Source: Lachnospiraceae bacterium (GTDB taxonomy: Bacteria; Bacillota; Clostridia; Lachnospirales; Lachnospiraceae). From it: a stretch of DNA of 64,000 nucleotides. The notes under the pieces were generated by a model. It was not told where the DNA came from. It did not search any database and saw only the letters and a program-made list of their open reading frames with translations. Location: contig JAFVAO010000047.1 of assembly GCA_017480445.1 (NCBI GenBank), positions 685-64,684 of the forward strand, read 5' to 3'. Positions within the stretch are counted from its first letter, which is position 1. Every line of letters starts with the position of its first letter. The position numbers were made by a program, and so were the translations under genes. Below are positions 32,564 through 40,714 of this stretch, piece by piece.

Positions 32564-33219
32564 TTGTCACACACCTTTACGACGCGCAGCGTTCCCTGGG
32601 CAAGCTCCGTGTAAAACCGGTCCACATCCGCCGCATCCAGAAACACATTCATGCGCTGTGCGGCAGTGGAAGTATTGCCTGCCTGTATGGCGCTCCCGCC
32701 GCTGTCAAACACCTGCTGGACATAGACATTCTCCCATACAAGATGCGCCTGTCCCGTCTCTGTTACCATATAAATATGGATGCGGTCGCCGGCCCGCAGC
32801 ACGCCGCCCACGACCTGGTAGAGATCCTCCGCCTTAAACCCGGCGATCACCGGCTCCTGCATATGTGCCGTAAGCTCCTGCTGCCTCTCAAACATCCCCG
32901 TCGTGAGCAGCACGCCCGCCTCAATCCTTTCTCCTGCAATCAACCCGTAAATCTGCTCCGGAAATTTTAACGCTGTCTCCGGAATACAGGTTTTGTCCAG
33001 TTCCTTTAACACAATGTAATCCTCGTAATTATCCGGTGTCAGCAGCATACCCTTGGGGATCTCCTGCAGCGCCACATAGATCCCCGCCTTTTCGTATGCG
33101 CCCAACACCTTTTTCTCCGTCTGAAGCAACACGACAAATATGCCGATTGCGACCAAAAATGCCGCCAGGATGCTTCCGGTCCATATGCCCGTTCCGCTGG
33201 GCTGTTTCTTCTCCTTCAT
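32560..33219 (-). CDS. CpaB/RcpC-like SAF domain protein
   Basis: N-terminal TM, YVALQEIPKGMLLT, VGGVLRAGDRIHIY, LVWENVYV. Confidence 0.75.
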   Translation of the reverse strand: MKEKKQPSGTGIWTGSILAAFLVAIGIFVVLLQTEKKVLGAYEKAGIYVALQEIPKGMLLTPDNYEDYIVLKELDKTCIPETALKFPEQIYGLIAGERIEAGVLLTTGMFERQQELTAHMQEPVIAGFKAEDLYQVVGGVLRAGDRIHIYMVTETGQAHLVWENVYVQQVFDSGGSAIQAGNTSTAAQRMNVFLDAADVDRFYTELAQGTLRVVKVCDK

Positions 33220-33220
33220 A

Positions 33221-33817
33221 TCAATCCCCTTCCTCCACTGCAATATCCACCAGCTTGCCCTTGTGCGCCCAGAACGTGATACCAAACGGTCCCCGCACGG
33301 GAAACCGGATCTCACTGTAGATGCCGGTCTTTTCGATCGGCAAGCCGTTCGGCGCACGCATACTGCGCCGCGCTGCCGTATACTGTTCACAGATATTGCC
33401 GGACGCGTCCAGACGCTGCATTGTGACAAGATTGCCGTCCACGTTGTAAATGACATAATCCGCAATCTCCACCTGCCCGTCGATCAGCGTGCTGTCCGTG
33501 CACACCCAGGTTTCGTCGAGTCCCAGATTCTCCCGCACCGCCTCCCGATAGATCTGATAGGCAGTCTGTGCATCGGGGATCCACACCTTGCGCGTTTTGC
33601 CGTACGCCTCCACATCGATCAGCGCGGAGGCGAGGTCGGAGGCCGCCAGAGCGTCCTCCAAATACATACCTGTCACCTGAAAAGAAGCAATCCGAAGCTG
33701 GGTGTACAGCACAACACTGAGTATCAGTATGAAGAACATACCGATGACCCACTCTGTCTGGCCGCTGTCCTTGTGATTAATTTTTTGCTGTAGACACTCT
33801 CTTTTCCCGAAATGCAT
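33221..33817 (-). CDS. TadG/TadE-like pseudopilin
   Basis: RBS GGAGGGG; KDSG-QTEWVIGMFFILIL hydrophobic helix; LEDALAASDLASA. Confidence 0.6.
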   Translation of the reverse strand: MHFGKRECLQQKINHKDSGQTEWVIGMFFILILSVVLYTQLRIASFQVTGMYLEDALAASDLASALIDVEAYGKTRKVWIPDAQTAYQIYREAVRENLGLDETWVCTDSTLIDGQVEIADYVIYNVDGNLVTMQRLDASGNICEQYTAARRSMRAPNGLPIEKTGIYSEIRFPVRGPFGITFWAHKGKLVDIAVEEGD

Positions 33818-34133
33818 ATTCCCCTCCGAGTACACCGCGGATCTCCAGCACGATACGTTCTCCGTATGCAACCTCGGCCAGCGTGCTGCCGCTTACGTCC
33901 GGCGCCGTCACGCCCAGAGTCTCCAGTTCCTCGCAGAGTGCCTGGCGGTCCTCCTGGGTCAGATAGCCGGTGGTCTCCATGCGCAGAATATACTGCCGCG
34001 CCAGCTGCTGTACCTCCATCTTCTGCCGGATCAGCCGCGCATCCTCCATATAGGCCAGCATGACGACCGTCAGCGCCAACAGGAAGATGCCTGCCGCCAT
34101 CAGATCCGCCACACTTCCCTGCTCACGCTTCAT
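33777..34133 (-). CDS. TadE-like pseudopilin
   Basis: MKREQG-SVADLMAAGIFLLAL; ATGA overlap with the pilin; ARQYILRMETTGYL. Confidence 0.65.
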   Translation of the reverse strand: MKREQGSVADLMAAGIFLLALTVVMLAYMEDARLIRQKMEVQQLARQYILRMETTGYLTQEDRQALCEELETLGVTAPDVSGSTLAEVAYGERIVLEIRGVLGGEYAFREKRVSTAKN

Positions 34134-34348
34134 GCTCCTGCGCCCACGCCGGTCAGTATGGAATTGGCCTCCCTGGACATCGCATCCACGATATCTGTGA
34201 TAAAAGTCGTCAGGCTGTCCTTCATCACCACGCACAGAAGCAGTGCGATGATACAAAGTCCCACCGTCACCAGAATACCGTCGATCCCTGCGTCCTTCCC
34301 CCATAAAATCATTGCCTTGCTCTCTACTTTTTTGATCATGTTTTTCAT
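34130..34348 (-). CDS. Flp-like major pilin (72 aa)
   Basis: Strong RBS AAAGGAG; basic leader ...KDAG then hydrophobic helix IDGILVTVGLCIIALLLCVV; follows tadC. Confidence 0.7.
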   Translation of the reverse strand: MKNMIKKVESKAMILWGKDAGIDGILVTVGLCIIALLLCVVMKDSLTTFITDIVDAMSREANSILTGVGAGA

Positions 34349-34364
34349 TGTTTTTTTCTCCTTT

Positions 34365-34417
34365 TTTGATTTATTTTTGATTTGTTTTTGATCTGTTTTG
34401 TTATGTTTTACTATGTT
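34365..34417. repeat. Phased 10-11 bp T-tract repeats upstream of the pilin
   Basis: tttgatttatt tttgatttgtt tttgatctgtt ttgttatgtt ttactatgtt. Confidence 0.8.
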
Positions 34418-35253
34418 CAGAATGTCAGCGCTGCCGCAAACATCTGCGTGACGCAGGCATAGAGAACGACTCCCAGCATCGCTGCCAGGATTCCCAGCTG
34501 GTAAAATGTGACGCTGCGATCCAACGCACTCTTTTTCTGTGCCATCAACGTTACTTCCATGTCCTTCACCTGCTCGGCAATATCCCCCAGAAGCTCCACC
34601 GCCTGACCGGACTCCAGCGCCTGCAGTATCGTGATACACAGCGCATCAATGTACTGATTGTCAAATTTGGCCTGCATCTGCTCCAGGGCTTCATAGATAT
34701 CCGCCTTCATGGTGATGGCACCGGCCAGATCCAGCAGCGCCTGCCTGAGCCGCAGCTCCCGCACGCCCGCATAACATTCCGTCAGCGCGTCTGCCGCGTA
34801 GACCCCCGCACGGATCTGGATTTCCAGCGCATGATAGATCAGTCGGATCTCCGGCAGCATGCGCTCATTGTCCCGCCGGTTCAGATAGATCACCAGCAGC
34901 TTGGCGCCGAAGAACAGTCCCGCTGCCGCGGCCGCCGCTATCCCCGGCGAGAATTTCAGGCCGGCCAAAAAGCCGACGCACGCCAGCACCAGCCGCATCC
35001 CCAGCCACACGCCGGGCTGCATCCACGCGCCGAAATGAACGCGCGCACCCTTTTTCAAAAGCCAGGCATCCGTGGTGCGATACCAGCTGCTTTTGTCCCT
35101 GCGCAGTGCCAGAAATCCCCGAAACTCCCGATAGGCGCCGAGCAATTGCCTCGCCGGCTGCGCTCTCCCCATGTACACCACGAGGCCAAAGCAGATAAGC
35201 GCCGCCGCGGCCGCCGTAAGCTGCATGGCATAGATCAGGTTCCCTTCCCGCAT
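34417..35253 (-). CDS. tadC: TadC-like (T2SSF domain) inner-membrane platform protein
   Basis: TM helices, LEIQIRAG, ILQALESG..LLGDIAEQ; follows tadB. Confidence 0.7.
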   Translation of the reverse strand: MREGNLIYAMQLTAAAAALICFGLVVYMGRAQPARQLLGAYREFRGFLALRRDKSSWYRTTDAWLLKKGARVHFGAWMQPGVWLGMRLVLACVGFLAGLKFSPGIAAAAAAGLFFGAKLLVIYLNRRDNERMLPEIRLIYHALEIQIRAGVYAADALTECYAGVRELRLRQALLDLAGAITMKADIYEALEQMQAKFDNQYIDALCITILQALESGQAVELLGDIAEQVKDMEVTLMAQKKSALDRSVTFYQLGILAAMLGVVLYACVTQMFAAALTF

Positions 35254-35283
35254 GTTCTCACCCCCTTTCCATTCCTCAGATTG

Positions 35284-36225
35284 TCAATGATGGATTCTGG
35301 ACACCTTGCCTGCGAACAATAGCAGAATAAACAGGACAACTCCCAGCGCAATTCTGCCGGGCCAGGTCTTGTACAACAACGTCCAGATCGACGTCTCAAT
35401 CAGCTGATCCACAACGAGCAGCGTCACCACGGACATGCCGAGCAAGAGCAGCATATTGACTGCAGCCTCCCGTACAAGGCTTTTGCGCTCCTCGCTCATG
35501 CGCAGATACTCCCGCATATTCTTGCGGCTGTTTTGTACCAATGTGGTAAAATCCGCACAGTAGCGGACACTGATTTCCATATTACGCGCCAATTCCTTAA
35601 ACTTCGGATGCTCAATTTTCTCAGCCATCACGAGTAAGGCCATGCTGCTGTCCCCCGTCGTCTGCGCCTCGTAGCTGCATTCATCCAGCACGGTGCGCAA
35701 CGGTTCGTCCACGTATTTACTTATCTGCTTGAAAATGCCGGTGAGTTCTCCGGCCGTGATACTGTAGTTTCCCAGAAAATCCAGAAATTTTAAAAGATTT
35801 TTGTTCACACTGCGCAGGGCTCTTATCTTGCAGATACACAAACCCGCATACCAGACGCCCCAGAATGTCACTGCGGCGATCAGCCCTCTGATCCACCCCA
35901 GCCAGGGTACGGCCAGCAGAAATACCAATATTCCTCCGCACACATCCACCGCCAGAAAACGCTCCGCCGTCAGCGACGGAAACCTGCGCCGCCAGCCGCT
36001 GTACTGTAAATCTTCCTCCACCCGGTACCAGAAGGAATGGGTTTGCTGCAGCGAGAGCAGTCGCCGCCTGTTTTCCAGAAGTCTCTGCCTGGAGACCTCC
36101 TCCATCCCCTCCCTGCCGCGCTGCAGCAGCCTGCGAAGCCGCTCATACATACGCGCTTTCCCGGCGATGAGCAGACTGCCCGTGAACAATAATATAAAAA
36201 TCACACCCCATATCAACCATTTCAT
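35284..36225 (-). CDS. tadB: TadB-like (T2SSF domain) inner-membrane platform protein
   Basis: TM helices, EPLRTVLDE...ALLVMAEKIEHPKF, LYKTWPGRIAL; follows the ATPase. Confidence 0.75.
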   Translation of the reverse strand: MKWLIWGVIFILLFTGSLLIAGKARMYERLRRLLQRGREGMEEVSRQRLLENRRRLLSLQQTHSFWYRVEEDLQYSGWRRRFPSLTAERFLAVDVCGGILVFLLAVPWLGWIRGLIAAVTFWGVWYAGLCICKIRALRSVNKNLLKFLDFLGNYSITAGELTGIFKQISKYVDEPLRTVLDECSYEAQTTGDSSMALLVMAEKIEHPKFKELARNMEISVRYCADFTTLVQNSRKNMREYLRMSEERKSLVREAAVNMLLLLGMSVVTLLVVDQLIETSIWTLLYKTWPGRIALGVVLFILLLFAGKVSRIHH

Positions 36226-36243
36226 AATGACTTCCTTCCTCCC

Positions 36244-37395
36244 TTATAGCAGACGCTCATATTCCAGATTCTTGCGCGCCTCGTTCCAGCCCTTGCAGGC
36301 AAAGATCTGTCTGACCCGGTAATGTTCCATGAACACAAATGTCTCGAAGCAGTCCAGCATGCGCATCAGCTCGTCCCGCGAATACCGGCTCTCGTACATG
36401 GCGTAATCTGCCAGCTTGTCCGCCGCCTTGTCCGCGGAGGTCGCATGGATGGTCGCCGCGCAGATCTGTCCCGTGCAGGCCGCATTCAACAGATACAGCG
36501 CCTCCGCGCCCTTGATCTCGCCAATGATGAAAAAGTCGACATCCATGGTCAATCCCGCGATGCTGATCTGCTTCAGATCATAGCTGACGCGGCTCTCGCT
36601 GTTTCCCGGCAGACTGTGCAGAAACATCATGTCCGGATGGTACATCGTGGTGAGCTCGTCCGCCTGCTGGGTCACCAGCACTGCCACATCGTCCGGCAGC
36701 GTTTCCTTCAACGCGTTCAACAGCGTTGTCTTGCCCGAGGAGTTGCCGCCGCAGATAATGGTCGATCCCCTGCGGAACCGGTGCACCAAAAGCTCCGCCG
36801 TCTCCGCATCCATCATCCCCTTGTCCACCAGTGTCCGCATCTGCGGAAACGATTTCGGCACCTTGCGGATACACAAATACGGCTCACTGTAGGTGTTGAC
36901 TAACGGCATGGACAGTGTAAAGCGAAGGATAAAATCCGGATGACTCTCCGTGTCTGTGAAGCGCTGAATGGCGTTGAGATTCGAGATATTGACCTGATTC
37001 TTGGTGGCAATGTAATCGATGAACCGTCGGTATTCCTTCTCTGTCCCGAAGCTGATCCCCGCATCCATCCGCCTGCCCTCCCGCTTCACCCGTACATTGT
37101 CGAAGCTGATCACGCGGATATCAGACACCGTCGGATCATCAATCAGAATGGAAAGCTTGGAATAACCGAAAATATACTGCTCAAACGCATCGATAATCTC
37201 TTGTTCCGCCTCCTCCGGCTGGGGATCGTACCGGTGCAGATGCTCCGCCGCCTCCCGCAGAAAGGCCTCTCTGCTCAGCGTCCCTCTGCGCAGCTGCATC
37301 AGGGACGTCTGCTTTTGTGTCAGGTAGTCGTCCAGCAGCCGCCGCAGACTCTCCTCCACACAAACTTCCGTATTGCATTGTAGTGTCTCTTTCAT
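36244..37395 (-). CDS. tadA: TadA/CpaF-family pilus assembly ATPase
   Basis: FGYSKLSILIDDPTVSDI, CIRK, Walker A GGNSSGKTT, Walker B IIGEIKG, ATIHA. Confidence 0.85.
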   Translation of the reverse strand: MKETLQCNTEVCVEESLRRLLDDYLTQKQTSLMQLRRGTLSREAFLREAAEHLHRYDPQPEEAEQEIIDAFEQYIFGYSKLSILIDDPTVSDIRVISFDNVRVKREGRRMDAGISFGTEKEYRRFIDYIATKNQVNISNLNAIQRFTDTESHPDFILRFTLSMPLVNTYSEPYLCIRKVPKSFPQMRTLVDKGMMDAETAELLVHRFRRGSTIICGGNSSGKTTLLNALKETLPDDVAVLVTQQADELTTMYHPDMMFLHSLPGNSESRVSYDLKQISIAGLTMDVDFFIIGEIKGAEALYLLNAACTGQICAATIHATSADKAADKLADYAMYESRYSRDELMRMLDCFETFVFMEHYRVRQIFACKGWNEARKNLEYERLL

Positions 37396-37532
37396 GTTCC
37401 CTCCTGTTCTTTCATAGTACGCGCTACAGGAACGCAAAAAGAGCGGACCGCTGTGTCCTGTCGCCGATACCCTGTTCAATTAAAATAAGTGAAATAGTTG
37501 GCCGATAACAGCCGGATCATATGATAATTGGT

Positions 37533-37561
37533 AATTTACACCATTTTGAGAAAGATGTCAA
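37533..37561 (-). promoter_or_regulatory. Sigma-70 promoter of the Tad operon
   Basis: TTGACA-17 bp-TAAATT. Confidence 0.6.
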
Positions 37562-37734
37562 TACAAAATTATAAAATTAAATTTTTTTAATAAAATGATA
37601 AAGTCCGCCCTTCGGATAAAATAAATTTGCCCTTCGCCCACAAATGTGCTATAGTATTGCTTAGTACAGATATTGCAAAATGCATGTCCGGGCAGCGATT
37701 GCCGGACGCATTTGATTTCGAAAGGAGAACCCAC

Positions 37735-37857
37735 ATGGCTTCCATGTTTTTCTTGTTGGCAGGCGGACTGCTCATCATTATCATCGCTGTTGTAATCTCG
37801 GTGGTTTCCTCCGTTGTCTCTGCGGTTGCAGCAGATCAGGACGACGCCGAGGACTGA
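37735..37857 (+). CDS. Small (40 aa) single-TM protein with acidic tail
   Basis: RBS GAAAGGAG; MASMFFLLAGGLLIIIIAVVISVVSSVVSAVAADQDDAED; upstream TTGCCC-17-TATAGT. Confidence 0.6.
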   Translation: MASMFFLLAGGLLIIIIAVVISVVSSVVSAVAADQDDAED

Positions 37858-39194
37858 GTGTTGAAGCGCTTGCGCAGCGTTTTGCACACGATAAAATAAG
37901 CCGGTATGAGAAAGGCATCCGCCAGAATCCATGCCGCAGGATTTCCCATGCATACGCCCAGGAAACCGAGTCTGGGCACCAGCACGACGCCCACAAGTGT
38001 TCTGGCCGTCATTTCCAATACGCCGGCCAAAATGGCAAAATTCGCAAATCCCATCCCCTGTATCAGGAACCGCACAATGTTCACCAATCCCAACAACAGA
38101 TACGCTGCCGTGTTGAACAGCAGATATTGCCGCACAGATCCGATGATGGCGTATTCCGTGCGCTCTACAAACAATCCGGCAATCCACTCCCCGCCAAAGA
38201 GAATGATCAAAAAGGCAAGCACGGAATAAACCGCACCCACCAGCACACTGGCCCGCAGCCCGGGGCCGATGCGATCCAGCCTGCCTGCGCCCACGTTCTG
38301 TCCACCGTAGGTGGCCATCGTGGAACCCAGCGCGTCAAACGGACACGCCAGAAAACAGCTCACCTTTCCCCCTGCCGTCACGGCGGCCACCGCGGTGGAG
38401 CCCAGGGTATTGGTAGCACTCTGCAAAATCACGCTGCCGATCGCGGTGATGGAATATTGCAGGCCCATGGGCACACCCATGCCGCACAGCACTGCCATCA
38501 TGTGACCGTTCGGGGCCCATTCCTCCCGGCGCACATGCAGGATCTCGAACCTGCGGATCATAAAGAGCAGACAGCCGATGCCCGCAAGACCCTGCGCGAT
38601 GACCGTCGCCCACGCCGCGCCGTCCACGCCCATATGCAGCTTCAGGATAAACAACAGGTCCATACCGATGTTCAAAAAGGACGACAGCACCAGAAACACC
38701 ACCGGCGTCTTGCTGTCTCCCAGCGCGCGGATCATCCCGGACACGATATTGTACAAAAAGGTCGCGGGGATTCCGAGCAAAATGATAAAGATATACGTAT
38801 AGGCATTCTCGAAGATATTTTCCGGCGTGCGCATCCACAGCAAAACAGACCGGCACAGGCAGGTGGTCACCGCCGTGAGCACCACCGAGAAGCCAATCCC
38901 CAGCCAGACACAGTTCGCCACGTAACGGCGCATGCCGCTATAATCGCCCGCACCGAATTTGTGTGCAACAGGTATGGAAAAACCATTGCACACACCCATG
39001 CAGAAACCGATGATCAGGAAGTTGACGGAGCCGGTAGCGCCCACGCTCGCCAGCTCGTCAACGCCCAGAAACCGTCCGACGATCACCGTATCCACGAGAT
39101 TATAAAACTGCTGAAACAGAAAACCAAAAAACAGCGGAACCGCAAAACCGAGAATCAATTTTGCACAGGATCCCTTGGTCATATCCCTGGTCAT
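37836..39194 (-). CDS. MATE family efflux transporter
   Basis: DMTKG, QQFYNLVDTVIVG, RALGDSKTP, GQNVGAG. Confidence 0.93.
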   Translation of the reverse strand: MTRDMTKGSCAKLILGFAVPLFFGFLFQQFYNLVDTVIVGRFLGVDELASVGATGSVNFLIIGFCMGVCNGFSIPVAHKFGAGDYSGMRRYVANCVWLGIGFSVVLTAVTTCLCRSVLLWMRTPENIFENAYTYIFIILLGIPATFLYNIVSGMIRALGDSKTPVVFLVLSSFLNIGMDLLFILKLHMGVDGAAWATVIAQGLAGIGCLLFMIRRFEILHVRREEWAPNGHMMAVLCGMGVPMGLQYSITAIGSVILQSATNTLGSTAVAAVTAGGKVSCFLACPFDALGSTMATYGGQNVGAGRLDRIGPGLRASVLVGAVYSVLAFLIILFGGEWIAGLFVERTEYAIIGSVRQYLLFNTAAYLLLGLVNIVRFLIQGMGFANFAILAGVLEMTARTLVGVVLVPRLGFLGVCMGNPAAWILADAFLIPAYFIVCKTLRKRFNTQSSASS

Positions 39195-39209
39195 TATCTT
39201 ACCCTTCTT

Positions 39210-40694
39210 TTACACAAACGGATTCTCCGTGGGATACAGCATGCCCTTCGGCTGATTGAAATTCAGATCCTCCGTCGGCACGCCGATATATCTGAACACC
39301 TCATACAATGCTTTCCCGTAATGTCCGAACGCCACGGCGCCGTGATGCGGGAAATTTTTCTCAATCAGCACATGCCGATAGAAACGTCCCATCTCGGGAA
39401 TCGCGAACACGCCGATTCCTCCGAAGGATTTGGTCGCCACCGGAAGCACCTCGCCCTGCGCAATGTACGCCCGCAGCTTGCTGTCCGCAGTGGACTGCAG
39501 CCGATAGAAGGTGATATTGCCGGGCGCAATGTCGCCCTCCAGAGTGCCCTGGGTCACCTCCTCCGGCAGATTTCTCGCCATGATCATCTGGTATTTCATA
39601 CTGCAGAACTGAAGCTTCTTGGAGCAGGTATTCCCGCAGTGGAAGCCCATGAACGTATCCTGATGCGTGTAGGGGTATTTGCCCTGTATGGATTCCGCAT
39701 ACATGTCCGCCGGCACGGAATTGTTGATGTCCAACAGCGTCACCGCATCCTGGCTGACACAGGTGCCAATGAACTCACTCAGCGCGCCGTAGATATCCAC
39801 CTCACAGGACACCGGGATCCCGCTGCCTGTCAGCCGGCTGTTCACATAACAGGGCACAAACCCGAACTGGGTCTGGAAGGCCGGCCAGCATTTTCCGGCA
39901 ATGGTCACATATTTGCGGTAGCCTCTGTGCTCCTCGATCCAGTCGAGCAGCGTCAGCTCATACTGGGCAAGCTTGGGCAGCACCTGAGGCTTTAAATTGC
40001 CTGCGCCCAGCTCCGCCTCCATCTCCTTGATCTTATCCGGAATCCGCGCATCGTTGTCATGCTTATGAAACGCCTCAAACAGATCCAGCTCAGAGTTTTC
40101 CTCGATCTCCACCCCCAGATTGTACAACTGTTTGATCGGCGCGTTGCAGGCCAGGAAATTGAGCGGTCTCGGGCCAAAGGAAATGATCTTTAACTCCGAC
40201 AGACCGATGATCGCCCGCGCGATCGGTAAAAATTCATGCAGCATATCCGCACATTCCGCGGCAGTTCCCACCGGATATGCGGGGATGTACGCTTTGGTGT
40301 TGCGCAGCTTCAGATTGTAGCTTGCGTTGAGCATACCGCAGTAGGCATCTCCCCGGCCGCCCACCAGATCATTCTGGCTCTCCTCGGCCGCCGCGATGAA
40401 CATCGCCGGACCGTCAAAATGTTTCGCCAGCAACGTCTCCGCGATCTCCGGTCCGAAGTTGCCCAGGTACACGCACAGCGCGTTGCAGCCCGCCTTCCGG
40501 ATATCCGCCAACGCCTGCACCATATGAATCTCGCTCTCCACGATGCAGATGGGGCATTCATAGACGCCCTCCGTTCCGTACTTCTGCGCATAGGCATCCA
40601 TCAACGCTTTCCTGCGGTTGACCGAAAGACTTTCCGGAAAACAGTCCCGGCTCACAGCCACCACGCCCACCTTTACCTCCGGCACATTCTTCAT
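39210..40694 (-). CDS. L-fucose/L-arabinose isomerase family protein (candidate XylA-II)
   Basis: VSRDCFP, LGNFGPE, RGDAYCG, KCWPAFQ, CEVD, FHCGN, FPHHGAVAFGH. Confidence 0.8.
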   Translation of the reverse strand: MKNVPEVKVGVVAVSRDCFPESLSVNRRKALMDAYAQKYGTEGVYECPICIVESEIHMVQALADIRKAGCNALCVYLGNFGPEIAETLLAKHFDGPAMFIAAAEESQNDLVGGRGDAYCGMLNASYNLKLRNTKAYIPAYPVGTAAECADMLHEFLPIARAIIGLSELKIISFGPRPLNFLACNAPIKQLYNLGVEIEENSELDLFEAFHKHDNDARIPDKIKEMEAELGAGNLKPQVLPKLAQYELTLLDWIEEHRGYRKYVTIAGKCWPAFQTQFGFVPCYVNSRLTGSGIPVSCEVDIYGALSEFIGTCVSQDAVTLLDINNSVPADMYAESIQGKYPYTHQDTFMGFHCGNTCSKKLQFCSMKYQMIMARNLPEEVTQGTLEGDIAPGNITFYRLQSTADSKLRAYIAQGEVLPVATKSFGGIGVFAIPEMGRFYRHVLIEKNFPHHGAVAFGHYGKALYEVFRYIGVPTEDLNFNQPKGMLYPTENPFV

Positions 40695-40714
40695 AAAATC
40701 GTCCTCCTATCCTC

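Noticed and set aside
32560-34639. Longer ORF-track starts for cpaB, pseudopilins and pilin
   Set aside because: They overlap upstream genes extensively; the shorter starts have RBS or stop/start coupling
37396-37530. c-di-GMP riboswitch ahead of the Tad operon
   Set aside because: Class I and class II consensus elements not recognisable
26342-37600. Tad region as an integrative/conjugative element or DGR target
   Set aside because: No integrase, relaxase, VirB4, reverse transcriptase or template repeat seen; no obvious compositional shift
38127-39995. 622-aa plus-strand ORF
   Set aside because: Antisense to MATE and isomerase genes; no recognisable domain
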